In this document: in pieces, positions 20,674-31,309 of the stretch | How the letters are laid out: every line of letters begins with the position of its first letter | Numbering within the stretch: position 1 is the first letter of the stretch | DNA from: an uncultured Ignavibacteria bacterium | GTDB taxonomy: Bacteria > Zixibacteria > MSB-5A5 > DSPP01 > RBG-1 | Direction: 5' to 3' | DNA: 64,000 nucleotides | Assembly (NCBI GenBank): GCA_964399055.1 | Contig: CAYNPJ010000001.1 | Span: forward strand, 1,255,347 to 1,319,346 | The notes under the pieces: model-generated | Databases searched by the model: none | What the model saw: only the letters and a program-made list of their open reading frames with translations | What the model was told of the DNA's origin: nothing | Program-made: the position numbers and the translations under genes

Positions 20674-21969
20674 ATGCGTAAATTTTTTATCTTAGGTTTA
20701 ACAATCTTATTGCCGGGCATTGTATCCGCTCAGAAGATTATGACCCTGCAGGAGTGCATCGACTCGGCTCTGAAGAACAACTGGACCTACCGCAGCGCGG
20801 TCTGGGGGAACAAATCTGCGGGCAACGAGCTGTGGAGCGCCTGGGGGAGATTCTTACCCCGGGTGGATATAAGCTTTCGAAACAATTTTACCGACGCCAC
20901 CTTTGCCCGGCCTTACGTGGACGAGAGTGGTAACATCATCACTGGCGGAGAGACCAGGAACTACGAAGCCGGAGTCAATTTCTCGCAGACCATCTTTGAC
21001 GGCGGATATAACGTTTTTAATCTGGCCAGTAAATACGCCGCTAAAAATTCCTCTGACTATTCCCTGCTCTTCAACAAGCAAAACCTGATTTTTGAGGTTA
21101 AACAGGCCTATTTTGAAGTGCTGAAAGCTAAGATGCTCTTGGAAGTTCAGAGAGAAGTGGTAAAGAGGGGTGAACAGCAGTTGAAAATCGCTCAGAGCAG
21201 ATATGAATTGGGCTCTGCTTCTAAGTCCGACTTTCTAAAAGCTAAGGTTCAGTTCGGACAGGACCAGTTGGCCTTAGTCAAAGCCGAGAATCAGGTCCAG
21301 GTGAACTACTCCAATTTGAATGCCATCATGGGACAAAAAGTAGATAATCAATTTGAAGTTCAGGAAGTTTTAGAACAGCCGGCTATGGACTTGAGTTATG
21401 AAGAATGTGTCCGGCTGGCTTTCAAGAATCATCCTTCGATTCATCAAACTGAAAGCGACATCGATGTTGCGGAAGGAAGCATGCGAGCTGCGCGCTCCGG
21501 TTATTTACCCACAGTATCGCTCAACGCTGGACGCAGCTGGAGAGGGCTGACCTTAGCGGATTACAAGACCTTATCGGACAATGACCGCTACTGGTATGTG
21601 GGTCTTTCAGTCTCTTTTAATCTCTTTCAAGGCTTCCAGACCCAGACCAGCTATCTGAACGCGCGCAATCAGGTAAAGATCGCCAAAGAGACTTTGGAGA
21701 AAACCAAGAGTGACGTGGCTCTGGAGGTCAAACAGGCTTTCCTGGCTTTGGAGGAGAGCCGCAAGGCGACTACAGTAGCTGAAGAGAATGTCGGGGCCGC
21801 GGAAGAGGACTTGAATTTAGTGCAGGAAAAATATCGTCTGGGAGCCGCCTCGATTCTGGAGCTTTTGGACGCCCAGGTCAGCTTCCAGACCGCCAAGAGC
21901 GACCATATTCAATCCTTGTTTAATTATAACTTAGCTGTGGCCCGCTTAGAGCGAGCCATGGGCAGGTAA
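20674..21969 (+). CDS. TolC-family outer membrane efflux protein
   Basis: Signal peptide, TLQECI..ALKNN, V.QAYF.VL, RY.LG.AS..ELL.AQ repeats. Confidence 0.92.
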   Translation: MRKFFILGLTILLPGIVSAQKIMTLQECIDSALKNNWTYRSAVWGNKSAGNELWSAWGRFLPRVDISFRNNFTDATFARPYVDESGNIITGGETRNYEAGVNFSQTIFDGGYNVFNLASKYAAKNSSDYSLLFNKQNLIFEVKQAYFEVLKAKMLLEVQREVVKRGEQQLKIAQSRYELGSASKSDFLKAKVQFGQDQLALVKAENQVQVNYSNLNAIMGQKVDNQFEVQEVLEQPAMDLSYEECVRLAFKNHPSIHQTESDIDVAEGSMRAARSGYLPTVSLNAGRSWRGLTLADYKTLSDNDRYWYVGLSVSFNLFQGFQTQTSYLNARNQVKIAKETLEKTKSDVALEVKQAFLALEESRKATTVAEENVGAAEEDLNLVQEKYRLGAASILELLDAQVSFQTAKSDHIQSLFNYNLAVARLERAMGR

Positions 21970-21987
21970 TATTGAGGAGGTAGTAAA

Positions 21988-23298
21988 GTGACTAAAAAAC
22001 GCAAAAAAATTCTGATTTTCGGCGTCATCGGTCTGGTAGTCGTAATTATTCTGGCTATGAGTCTTTTGAAGAGCGGAGAAAAAACTCTGGCAGTTGAGAC
22101 AGAAAAGACCAAGCGCTCGGATATTACCGCCACAGTTTCCGCAGAGGGAAAGATGGAGGCCAAGACCGAAGTGAAAATCTCCGCCTATGTGCCGGCCAAG
22201 ATAATTAGGCTGCCGGTTAAGGAGGGAGACCAGGTCAAAAAGGGGCAGCTGTTAGTTCAGCTTGACCAGGTGGCTTATCAGGCCGCGGTCGACCAGGCTA
22301 AGGCTACTCTGGAAAGCTACCGCGCGCGCTTAAAATTAGCGGAAGCCACCTTAGAACAGAGCAAACTCATCTATGATCGCCAGAAAAAGCTCTTTGAGCA
22401 AAATCTGACCTCTCAGGAGCAGTTTGACGCTGCCCGTACCGATTACAATGCCCGGATGGCTGAAGTGGAATCTAACCGCTATCTGGTTTCTCAGTCTCAG
22501 GCCGCTTTGGTGCAGGCGCAGGACAATTTAGAAAAGACGACTATTACCTCCCCTCTCAACGGGGTGGTGACCGACCTGAATGCCGAAGCCGGGGAAATTG
22601 TGATGGTAGGGACCATGAACAATCCCGGCACAGTCATTATGACCGTTTCCGAATTATCGCAGATTCAGGCCGACGTGGACGTGGATGAGACCGATGTGGC
22701 TAATCTGAAAATCGGGCAGGAGGCCAAAATCAGAATCGATGCCATACCTGACACCAGTTTCAAGGGGATTGTCTCGGAAATTGCCGGCACCGGCAAGGTC
22801 GAGGGTTTAGGGACTCAGAATCAGGTGACTAATTTCGAAGTCAAGGTCTTGCTTAAGGATGATGTTCCCCAGGTGCGCCCGGGTATGTCCTGCTCCGTGG
22901 ATATAACTACCGCCCATCACCCTCAGGTGCTGAATCTGCCTATTCAGGCTGTGGTAATCAGGGAACTCTTTGAAGACAGCCTGGCAGTTCTGCAGGGCAA
23001 GACCAAGAGTAATGAAGCCCTAGCCTCGACTGAAAAGAAAACCGAAAAAGATACCCTGGCTCAGAAAGAGAAGAAGAAGAAAGAAGTCGAGGGAGTCTTT
23101 GTGGTTAAGGATGCAAAAGCCGTTTTTGTCCCGGTGCAGACCGGCATCGCCGACAAGCAGAACATAGAAATCGTATCAGGTATCGGTGAAGGTGATGAAG
23201 TGATTACCGGCACCTACCGGATTTTAAGGACCTTAAAAGACGGCGATAAGGTTAAGATTAGCAAGACCCCGGCCAAGAATCAGGAGAAAAAGAGCTAA
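21988..23298 (+). CDS. Efflux periplasmic adaptor subunit (MacA/HlyD type)
   Basis: [35 protein letters not shown]. Confidence 0.92.
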   Translation: MTKKRKKILIFGVIGLVVVIILAMSLLKSGEKTLAVETEKTKRSDITATVSAEGKMEAKTEVKISAYVPAKIIRLPVKEGDQVKKGQLLVQLDQVAYQAAVDQAKATLESYRARLKLAEATLEQSKLIYDRQKKLFEQNLTSQEQFDAARTDYNARMAEVESNRYLVSQSQAALVQAQDNLEKTTITSPLNGVVTDLNAEAGEIVMVGTMNNPGTVIMTVSELSQIQADVDVDETDVANLKIGQEAKIRIDAIPDTSFKGIVSEIAGTGKVEGLGTQNQVTNFEVKVLLKDDVPQVRPGMSCSVDITTAHHPQVLNLPIQAVVIRELFEDSLAVLQGKTKSNEALASTEKKTEKDTLAQKEKKKKEVEGVFVVKDAKAVFVPVQTGIADKQNIEIVSGIGEGDEVITGTYRILRTLKDGDKVKISKTPAKNQEKKS

Positions 23299-23300
23299 CA

Positions 23301-23999
23301 ATGAATCTGAATGGCATTATCATAAAGACTGAAGATATCTGGAAGGTCTACGAGCTGGGGGCTGAAAAAATCCCGGCGGTGCAGGGGATTAATTTGGAGG
23401 TTAAGAAAGGCGAATACGTGGCTATTATGGGACCCTCCGGCTCCGGCAAGTCGACTTTGATGAACTTAATCGGCTGTCTGGATACCCCTACTAAAGGGAA
23501 TTATTTTTTGAACGGAAAAATGGTCAGCCAGATGAATGACGACGAATTGGCCAATGTCAGAAATAGAGAAATCGGCTTTGTCTTTCAGACTTTTAATCTC
23601 TTGCCGCGAGCAACCGCCCTGCACAACGTGGAGCTCCCCTTAATCTACAGCGGAGCCAAGGCCGAAGAGCGGACCGAAAAGGCTAAACAGGCTCTGCGCA
23701 TGGTGGACCTGGAAGACCGGATGACCCACAAGCCCAACGAGCTATCCGGAGGTCAGAGACAGCGGGTGGCCGTGGCCCGTGCTCTGGTCAATAGTCCGGC
23801 CATCCTTCTGGCAGACGAGCCTACCGGGAACCTGGATACTGCCACCGGCGTTGAAATCATGAAGCTCTTCGACCGTCTGCATAAACAGGGGAACACGGTG
23901 GTTCTGATTACTCACGAATTAGACATTGCCAAGTATGCCGACCGGATAATCCATATCCGGGACGGCAAGATTGAAAAAATAGAAACCGTCTCCAAATAA
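23301..23999 (+). CDS. ABC ATPase, MacB/LolD type
   Basis: [41 protein letters not shown]. Confidence 0.95.
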   Translation: MNLNGIIIKTEDIWKVYELGAEKIPAVQGINLEVKKGEYVAIMGPSGSGKSTLMNLIGCLDTPTKGNYFLNGKMVSQMNDDELANVRNREIGFVFQTFNLLPRATALHNVELPLIYSGAKAEERTEKAKQALRMVDLEDRMTHKPNELSGGQRQRVAVARALVNSPAILLADEPTGNLDTATGVEIMKLFDRLHKQGNTVVLITHELDIAKYADRIIHIRDGKIEKIETVSK

Positions 24000-24001
24000 A
24001 G

Positions 24002-25225
24002 GTGCAGTTTTTAGAGTCCGTACTTCAGGCCTTGGCCTCTTTGAGGGCCAACAAGCTTCGTTCCATTCTGACCCTAATCGGGGTTATAATAGGTGTGATG
24101 ACGGTTATAGCAGTGGCTTCTATCATAGCTGGAATGAACCGCTACGTGGCAGACCAGTTAGCCCAGCTGGGGCCCACTACTTTCTTTATAGATAAATGGG
24201 GCATAATTACCAGCGAGGAGGAGTGGTTCAAGGCCATGAAGCGCAAAGACCTGACCCTGGCCGACATGTACGCGGTCAGAGATTACTGCAACAGCTGTGA
24301 ACGGGTCGGCGCCATGGCTCAGACAATCGGAAGAGTCAAGTATGGCAGCCAGTTTGTTACCGATGTGGAGATACAGGGAGCTGCCGGCAACGTGGAGGAG
24401 ATTACCTCGGTGGTGGCCGAGCATGGCTACTACCCCACCGACTTTGACAATGAACACCGCAATCAGGTGGCCTTAATCGGCTGGGCCGTGGCAGACAAGC
24501 TCTTCCCCAGCCTGGACCCTATAGGCAAAATCATAAAAATTCAGGGACACAGTTTTACCGTAGTAGGTGTGGCTAAAAAGCTCGGCTCCTTTCTGGGTCA
24601 GAGCCAGGATAACTTTGTGGCGGTTCCGATTACCACATATCAGAAGTTGTTCCAGAAAAGAAGGTTTGACTGGTTTGGGATTCTGGTCAAGGCGGTTGAC
24701 TACCAGAGTATGGAAAAAGCCAAGGATGAATGCCGACTCATTCTCAGAGCCAGAAGGCATGTCCCCTATAAAGAAGATGATGATTTCGGATTTGCCAGCT
24801 CGGAGAGTCTGATGGAGCTGTGGAGGAATTTTTCCGGAACTGCTTTTCTGGTCATGATTGGCGTCTCCTCGATCGCCCTTTTGGTAGGGGGAGTGGTAAT
24901 TATGAATATCATGTTTGTCTCGGTTAAGGAACGTACCAAAGAGATTGGCATCCGCAAAGCCATGGGAGCAAGAAAGAGAAACATACTCTGGCAGTTTCTG
25001 GTGGAGGCAACTACGATTTCATTAGTAGGCGGTATTCTGGGAATTCTGGCCGGAGCCGTTATTGGCAAACTGGTGGACCTGTTCACTCCCCTGCCGGCTG
25101 CGATTGAGCCCTGGTCAGTAGTTTCAGGAGTCCTGATAGCCAGTTTTGTAGGAATTTTCTTCGGCCTCTACCCGGCAGTTAAAGCGGCCAGATTAGACCC
25201 GGTGGAAGCTCTGCGCTACGAATGA
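24002..25225 (+). CDS. MacB/FtsX-type ABC permease
   Basis: NKLRS.LT.IG..IG, SV.ERT.EIGIRKAMGA, PA.KAARLDPVEALRYE; GTG start. Confidence 0.93.
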   Translation: MQFLESVLQALASLRANKLRSILTLIGVIIGVMTVIAVASIIAGMNRYVADQLAQLGPTTFFIDKWGIITSEEEWFKAMKRKDLTLADMYAVRDYCNSCERVGAMAQTIGRVKYGSQFVTDVEIQGAAGNVEEITSVVAEHGYYPTDFDNEHRNQVALIGWAVADKLFPSLDPIGKIIKIQGHSFTVVGVAKKLGSFLGQSQDNFVAVPITTYQKLFQKRRFDWFGILVKAVDYQSMEKAKDECRLILRARRHVPYKEDDDFGFASSESLMELWRNFSGTAFLVMIGVSSIALLVGGVVIMNIMFVSVKERTKEIGIRKAMGARKRNILWQFLVEATTISLVGGILGILAGAVIGKLVDLFTPLPAAIEPWSVVSGVLIASFVGIFFGLYPAVKAARLDPVEALRYE

Positions 25226-25226
25226 G

Positions 25227-26468
25227 ATGAATACTTTTGAATTAAAAGAGGGCGTCATCATGGCCTGGCAGGCTATCCGGGCCAATAAACTGCGCGCCTC
25301 TCTGACCGTGCTGGGTGTGCTGATAGGAGTAGCCTCGGTAATAGGCATGGCTTCCATAATCCAGGGGTTGAACAACAGCATGGCCGCCCAGATTCAGTCC
25401 TTAGGCTCCAATGTCATTTATGTTTCCAAGTTTGAGCCTGGTATCTACTTTGGAAGGCGCAGCGAAGAGGAGCGCAACCGCAAAGGGATAGATTTTGAGG
25501 ATGCCATGGCGATTAGAAGACTCTGCCCCTCGGTCGGCGCGGTCTCGCCCCAGAATTATTATTTCCAACCCGGTGGCAACGTAGCCAAGTACCGGGAAAA
25601 TGAGGCCCTGCGCCCCAGTTTCGGAGGAGTTTTGCCAGATTACGAAGCGGTTAACAACGCTTTTGTAACTGACGGCAGATTCATTACTGATGCGGATGTC
25701 CATTTCAAGACCTTTGTGTGTGTCCTGGGATTCGATGTCAAAGATGCCCTCTTCCCCAATTTAGACCCGATTGGAAAAGACATCCGGATTAATGGCGACC
25801 GTTTCACCGTCATCGGAGTGATGGAAAAGAAGAGCTCCATATTAGGGGAAAGCCAGAATAATTTCATTCTTATTCCCTACGGCACTTTTCAGAAAATCCA
25901 TCCAGAAGAGGAGGAGCTCTGGCTGGCGGTGCGGCCTAAGTCTCCGGAATTGATTAACAAAGCCATCGAAGAGATTGAGCAAGTGATGCGCCTGCGCCGG
26001 GGAGTTCCGGCTGACAAGCCCAACGACTTTGCGGTAACCACTCAGGAGGATTTGATGAATACTTACCGCAGAATCACTTCTGCCATCTACGGGGTGATGG
26101 TCTTAATCTCCTCCATCGGACTGATAGTGGGCGGAGTGGGGGTAATGAACATAATGCTGGTGACCGTGACTGAAAGAACCAGGGAAATCGGCATCCGCAA
26201 GGCTGTGGGAGCCAGAAGGCGCAACATTTTATGGCAGTTTCTGATTGAGGCCAGCACTTTAAGCGGAATCGGCGGAATCGTGGGCATCATCATCGGCATC
26301 CTGATTGGCCAAATAGTGAATGCCGCCACTCCCTTGCCGGCCAGCATCTCCTTGTTCTGGATAATGCTGGCATTTGGCGTAGCAGTTTCGGTGGGGCTGG
26401 TATTCGGAATCTACCCGGCTTATCGGGCCGCTCGGCTCGACCCGATTGTCTCCCTCCGCTACGAATAA
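25227..26468 (+). CDS. Second MacB/FtsX-type ABC permease
   Basis: Same motifs (ERTREIGIRKAVGA, RAARLDPIVSLRYE); paralog of the preceding gene. Confidence 0.93.
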   Translation: MNTFELKEGVIMAWQAIRANKLRASLTVLGVLIGVASVIGMASIIQGLNNSMAAQIQSLGSNVIYVSKFEPGIYFGRRSEEERNRKGIDFEDAMAIRRLCPSVGAVSPQNYYFQPGGNVAKYRENEALRPSFGGVLPDYEAVNNAFVTDGRFITDADVHFKTFVCVLGFDVKDALFPNLDPIGKDIRINGDRFTVIGVMEKKSSILGESQNNFILIPYGTFQKIHPEEEELWLAVRPKSPELINKAIEEIEQVMRLRRGVPADKPNDFAVTTQEDLMNTYRRITSAIYGVMVLISSIGLIVGGVGVMNIMLVTVTERTREIGIRKAVGARRRNILWQFLIEASTLSGIGGIVGIIIGILIGQIVNAATPLPASISLFWIMLAFGVAVSVGLVFGIYPAYRAARLDPIVSLRYE

Positions 26469-26545
26469 CTCTGTTGCTTATTGATTAATCTGCGCTTTGC
26501 GTATATTATTTAGGATTTGCGTGTGAGGAATCTATAACTTATCTT

Positions 26546-27868
26546 TTGACTGCTATGGGGAAAATAAAATTTAAGAACCTTCTTATCGCAGTGGGGCTTA
26601 GTGGGATGTTTATTTGTCCGGATGTCTCGGCCCAGGTGGTCATGGACCTGGAGCGGATAGGTAAAAAGCCGGGCTTCCATGTTGATTTGGCCAGTTTTTA
26701 TGACCCGGCTGCCGATAAAATCAGACTGGAAGTATATTACCAAATTCACAATAATCATCTCACCTTTGTCAAAGCAGACCAGACCTACCTGGCGGCCTAC
26801 GAGATCAGAGTGCTGGTTCTGAAAGGCGGGAAACAGGTGGGGGGAACCTCCTTGGAAGAGCAATATCCGGTTTCCAGCTATGCTGAGACCATCTCCCCTT
26901 ATAATTTTCTGATAAATCAGCTTTCTCTGGAAGTGGAGCCGGGCAAATATGAGGCCCAGGTCACCTTGGTTGATAAAAACGCCCGGCGCGGGTACAGTTT
27001 CAATCTCCCTTTCCGAGTTCCGGATTTCAACTCCAAAGAGGTGGCTATCTCTGACCTGGAATTGTCAGAGGAAATCTCTGACACAGTCCCTGGCTCGCAG
27101 TTCAACAAAATCCGAACCCGCATAATACCCAAGGTGAATCAAAAGCTGCTCCAGAGTCCGGACAGTCTCCAGTTTTATGTGGAAATTTATGTTAAGAGAC
27201 CCCGTCCCTTGGAGATTGAATTCGTGACTCTTAATCAATGGGAAAAGCGCATCAGCCGAGTTGTGGAGAAACTAAAGACAGAGGATTCGGTGACACCTTT
27301 GATAAGAAAGATCCCGACCCGGGATTTGCCCCCGGGCAAGTACACTTTAAGAGCTACTCTGCTGGGAGGGGGCAAATCTGCGGTGGCCGATACCAGGCAG
27401 GATTTTATAATTGACTGGTCAATTGAATATTTTGTCCAGCATGATTTTCAGGAGGCAGTGGATTTCCTAAGCTATCTGGCCACCGGCCAGGAGATAAAAG
27501 CGCTTAAAGACACCCCGCCGGAAAAGCAGGCTCAGGCCTGGCATGACTTCTGGAAATCCAAAGACCCTAATCCGGAGACCCCTGAAAATGAAGTTCAGGA
27601 TGAATACTACCGCCGGATGAACTATGCCAATGAAAAGTTTTCCAGCTGGGGTAAGTCGGGCTGGAAAACCGACTTTGGCATGATTTACATTAAGTACGGG
27701 GAGCCGGATGAGATTGACCGGCATCCCTATGACAAAGGGAGCAAAGCTTACGAAACCTGGCATTATTACCGCCTGCGCCCGCGCCGGGCTTTCACTTTTG
27801 TGGATGACGGCTATGGCGAGTATAAGCTGATTTATCCCTATGACGGAGACATAACCAAGATCAGATGA
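26546..27868 (+). CDS. Secreted GWxTD domain-containing protein
   Basis: Signal peptide, Ig-like N-terminal part, FWKSKDP.P.T..NE...EYYRR..YAN, GWKTDFGMIYIKYGEPD; start may be the ATG at 26555. Confidence 0.88.
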   Translation: MTAMGKIKFKNLLIAVGLSGMFICPDVSAQVVMDLERIGKKPGFHVDLASFYDPAADKIRLEVYYQIHNNHLTFVKADQTYLAAYEIRVLVLKGGKQVGGTSLEEQYPVSSYAETISPYNFLINQLSLEVEPGKYEAQVTLVDKNARRGYSFNLPFRVPDFNSKEVAISDLELSEEISDTVPGSQFNKIRTRIIPKVNQKLLQSPDSLQFYVEIYVKRPRPLEIEFVTLNQWEKRISRVVEKLKTEDSVTPLIRKIPTRDLPPGKYTLRATLLGGGKSAVADTRQDFIIDWSIEYFVQHDFQEAVDFLSYLATGQEIKALKDTPPEKQAQAWHDFWKSKDPNPETPENEVQDEYYRRMNYANEKFSSWGKSGWKTDFGMIYIKYGEPDEIDRHPYDKGSKAYETWHYYRLRPRRAFTFVDDGYGEYKLIYPYDGDITKIR

Positions 27869-29271
27869 GACACTCGCCGACAAAGATTCTGCGGCTTACA
27901 GCAGCCTTGAGTTTAGCGTTTTTTTCCATATCTCTGGCTCAGTCTCCTGCAGACTCAATGGACCTGTGGCTGGATTATGCCTGTTTTAGACTTTCGGCTG
28001 AGGCATCTCAAGATACCCTTACAGAAGTAGAGATATACTATGGCCTAAACCAGAAGGAGTTAACCTTGCCGGCTGACATTACCCAGGGTCAGTTAATCTT
28101 AACTCTGGAATTATTCAGTCCATCCGACAGTCTCTTGGGCCGGGACAGCTGGAAGGTGGGATATTCTGCAAGTCAGTCGGACACTTCCTCAATCCTGCGG
28201 ATTCTCTCTGATGTTTATAAGACCTGGCTGAAACCAGGAGATTACTTTCTAAAACTGACTTGCCTGACAGCTGACTCTTCCACGACCGGCGCGCAGAGCC
28301 TGCTTTTAAGGGTTCCAGATTTATCCTCTTCTGCCCTGATACTCTCCGATATTCAGCTGGCCCTGGAAGTCCGAAACGCTACTGAGCAGAATCGCTTTGT
28401 GAAAAACTCCAGATTGGTCTGGCCCAATCCTACCACCGTATACGGGTCCCTTAATCCCCTGCTCTATTTTTATGCGGAAGTCTATAATTTAAATCCCAGC
28501 TCAACTGATTCAGATTTTACGGTCAGCTATGCGGTGGTAGATACGGCAGGCGGAATCATAAAAGACTATGGTCAGTACACCAAACCTAAGCCCGGCAACT
28601 CCGCCATAATCTCTACCGGCCTGAACATAGCGGCCTTGCCGATGGGCAAATATCAACTTCAGTTGACAGTCTCTGAGCCCAGCCGAAATCAGACCGCCCA
28701 GAGTAAAAAGACTTTTTTCATCTATCGGGAGGAGGAACTCTTTTCTAGTCAGGCAGACGCAGTTGAACCAGCCACAGAAGAAGAGGCCCGAGCCATCCGG
28801 GACGTAATTAGCCTGATCGCCACCCCGGATGAGCTCAGAATCTATGATAAACTTCCTTTAGAAGGTAAGCAGAACTTCCTCAAAGAGTTCTGGCGCTCCA
28901 GAGACCCTGATCCTGCCACGCCGGTCAATGAGTACAAAAGAGAGGTCTATGGTCGGTTTGCGATAGCTTCCTCTCAGTTTGCTTATGGCCACTTTGGCGG
29001 CACTCTCAAGGGCTGGAAGACTGACCAGGGCCGGGTTTTCATCGTGTACGGCCCGCCGGATGAGCGCAAGGTCTACAGCTATTCGACCAATCAGAAGCCC
29101 TGGGAAAAATGGACTTACTATAACGTGCAGGGCGGCGTGGTTTTTGTGTTTGAAGACCAGGACGGCTACGGCAACTTTGAGCTGGTCCACTCCACTGCCA
29201 AAGGAGAAAGGTACGACCCTTACTGGAAACAATTTTTGCAGCAGGAGCATTCCCTGACCGGCGAAAAATGA
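27865..29271 (+). CDS. Second secreted GWxTD domain-containing protein
   Basis: FWRSRDPDP.TPVNE, GWKTDQGRVFIVYGPPD; ATGA overlap with the previous gene. Confidence 0.88.
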   Translation: MRHSPTKILRLTAALSLAFFSISLAQSPADSMDLWLDYACFRLSAEASQDTLTEVEIYYGLNQKELTLPADITQGQLILTLELFSPSDSLLGRDSWKVGYSASQSDTSSILRILSDVYKTWLKPGDYFLKLTCLTADSSTTGAQSLLLRVPDLSSSALILSDIQLALEVRNATEQNRFVKNSRLVWPNPTTVYGSLNPLLYFYAEVYNLNPSSTDSDFTVSYAVVDTAGGIIKDYGQYTKPKPGNSAIISTGLNIAALPMGKYQLQLTVSEPSRNQTAQSKKTFFIYREEELFSSQADAVEPATEEEARAIRDVISLIATPDELRIYDKLPLEGKQNFLKEFWRSRDPDPATPVNEYKREVYGRFAIASSQFAYGHFGGTLKGWKTDQGRVFIVYGPPDERKVYSYSTNQKPWEKWTYYNVQGGVVFVFEDQDGYGNFELVHSTAKGERYDPYWKQFLQQEHSLTGEK

Positions 29272-29374
29272 GATTCTCGATGCCGCTGTAAATCCAGAAC
29301 GGCCAACTTAGTTTCAGAGCCTCCTTCTCATAACTACTTGACAATCTTACTCGGAATTTTTAAGATTCCAGCGC

Positions 29375-30106
29375 GTGATTCAAACCCATTCCCTTTCCAA
29401 ATATTTCCAGGATAAAAAACGCGGATTGGTCAAAGCGGTCGACCAGGCCGATTTCACCTGTCTGCCAGGCGAGATTTTTGGGCTTCTGGGCTTAAACGGG
29501 GCAGGCAAGACCACTGCTCTGAGGCTTCTTTCCACCACTTTGAAACCGACTTCCGGCACTGCCACTGTGGCCGGCTTTGACATTGTCAAACAACCCCTGG
29601 AAGTTAAGTCTAAAATCGGATTTCTGACCGGTCAGACCGCCCTCTATCCCCGTTTAACTGCTGCTGAAGTGATAACTTATTTCTGCAAGCTCTATGGATT
29701 GAACGGACAACTGTTGCAGAGACGCAAGAAAGAGGTCTTTGATGCCCTGGGCATCACTGAATTTAAGGACACCAAAGTCGATAGACTTTCCACCGGCATG
29801 AAGCAGAAGGTCTCCATCGCCCGGGCGATTATCCACGACCCGCCGGTCTTGATTTTAGATGAGCCTACCGTGGGTCTGGATGTGATAACTTCCAGAGACG
29901 TGATTGAATTGGTGCGGGACGCAAAGAAACAAGGTAAGACAGTAGTATTGTCCACACACCGGATGGAAGAAGCAGCCAAATTATGCGACCGGATTGCCAT
30001 TATCCACAAGGGGAGAATTCACCTGACCGGAACCTTAACTGAACTTCAGCAGAAGACCGGTTTGCAAGAATTGGATGACATCTTTGTTAAAGTAGTGGGA
30101 GAATAG
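29375..30106 (+). CDS. ABC-2 exporter ATPase, NatA-like
   Basis: AVDQADF....GEIFGLLG.NGAGKTT, STGMKQKVSIARA, LDEPT.GLD. Confidence 0.88.
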   Translation: MIQTHSLSKYFQDKKRGLVKAVDQADFTCLPGEIFGLLGLNGAGKTTALRLLSTTLKPTSGTATVAGFDIVKQPLEVKSKIGFLTGQTALYPRLTAAEVITYFCKLYGLNGQLLQRRKKEVFDALGITEFKDTKVDRLSTGMKQKVSIARAIIHDPPVLILDEPTVGLDVITSRDVIELVRDAKKQGKTVVLSTHRMEEAAKLCDRIAIIHKGRIHLTGTLTELQQKTGLQELDDIFVKVVGE

Positions 30107-31309
30107 GTGCAGATTAGGCAGATTAAGAATATCTATTTTAAGGAACTTCTGGACCTGCTCAAGGACCGGCGCACCCTAATCTCCATGATTGCCATTCCCA
30201 TTCTCCTTTTTCCATTGATAATGTTTGGTCTGGGGGCAGTGATGTCCAGTCAGATAAAAAAAGTGGAAGAAAAGGCTAAAGCGGTTGCGATTTTTGGAGC
30301 CGAATATGCGCCTAATTTAGTGAATCTAATCCTAGCTGACAGCAGGTTTAGGCAGGTGCAGGTCTCCCCGGACAGCATCCGGTCGGCCATACTGGATAAG
30401 AAATTAGAAGCGGCCCTGGAGTTTCCTGCCGATTTCGAGGCTAAATTAGACACCGGAGATACGGTCCAGGTGATAATATACTATGACCAGGCTGAATTTC
30501 GCTCCGAGACCGCTGAAGACCAGCTTAAGGCCGTTATCCGGGAATTTGAGGACAAAATTGTTGAGATTAAGCTCAGAACCATGAACTTGAACAAGAACTC
30601 CATCCATCCCCTCAAGATTGCTTCCAAAAACCTGGCCCCGGCTGAAAAGATGGGGGGATTTGTCCTCTCCATTTTTCTTCCCTACATGCTCATGATTCTC
30701 TGTCTGAATGGCGGAATGTACCCGGCCATGGACCTGACTGCCGGAGAAAAGGAACGAGGCACTCTGGAAACCCTGCTGGTCTCTCCGGCTTCCAGATTGG
30801 ACATTGCCTCTGGAAAATTTTTGGCAGTACTAACCGCCTCTTTTGTAACCGGTCTTCTGGGAACTGCCAGCATGGGTATCAGCTCCATGATGGGTTTTGG
30901 CAGCTTTGAGAAAAATGCTTCGGAAGCCGTGGCTTTCAGCCTGAGTCCGGTTTCGATTTTGTTGGTTTTGCTCCTGATTATTCCAGTCGCCTCTCTCTTC
31001 TCCTCTTTACTTTTAGCCCTCTCATTGATGGCGCGCAGTTACAAAGAAGCTCAGAGTTACGTTACCCCTCTGATGATTTTAGTCATTTTTCCGGCTTTTG
31101 CCTCTTTTTTACCCGGCTTTGAGTTTCAGACCAGCCACACTTTCATCCCCATAATGAACACCAGTTTAGTCTTAAAAGATGTCCTTTTGGGAACCTTTCA
31201 ATGGGGGAAAATCGGCCTGGTCTTTTTAGTGAATACAGTCTACGCCGGCTTGGGAATTCTTATAGCCAAGAAGATGTTCGAAAAAGAGTCGGTTTTATTT
31301 AGAGTATAA
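30107..31309 (+). CDS. ABC-2 exporter permease, NatB-like
   Basis: KEL.D.L.DRRTL, DLTAGEKERGTLETLL.SP, ARSYKEAQ.Y. Confidence 0.88.
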   Translation: MQIRQIKNIYFKELLDLLKDRRTLISMIAIPILLFPLIMFGLGAVMSSQIKKVEEKAKAVAIFGAEYAPNLVNLILADSRFRQVQVSPDSIRSAILDKKLEAALEFPADFEAKLDTGDTVQVIIYYDQAEFRSETAEDQLKAVIREFEDKIVEIKLRTMNLNKNSIHPLKIASKNLAPAEKMGGFVLSIFLPYMLMILCLNGGMYPAMDLTAGEKERGTLETLLVSPASRLDIASGKFLAVLTASFVTGLLGTASMGISSMMGFGSFEKNASEAVAFSLSPVSILLVLLLIIPVASLFSSLLLALSLMARSYKEAQSYVTPLMILVIFPAFASFLPGFEFQTSHTFIPIMNTSLVLKDVLLGTFQWGKIGLVFLVNTVYAGLGILIAKKMFEKESVLFRV

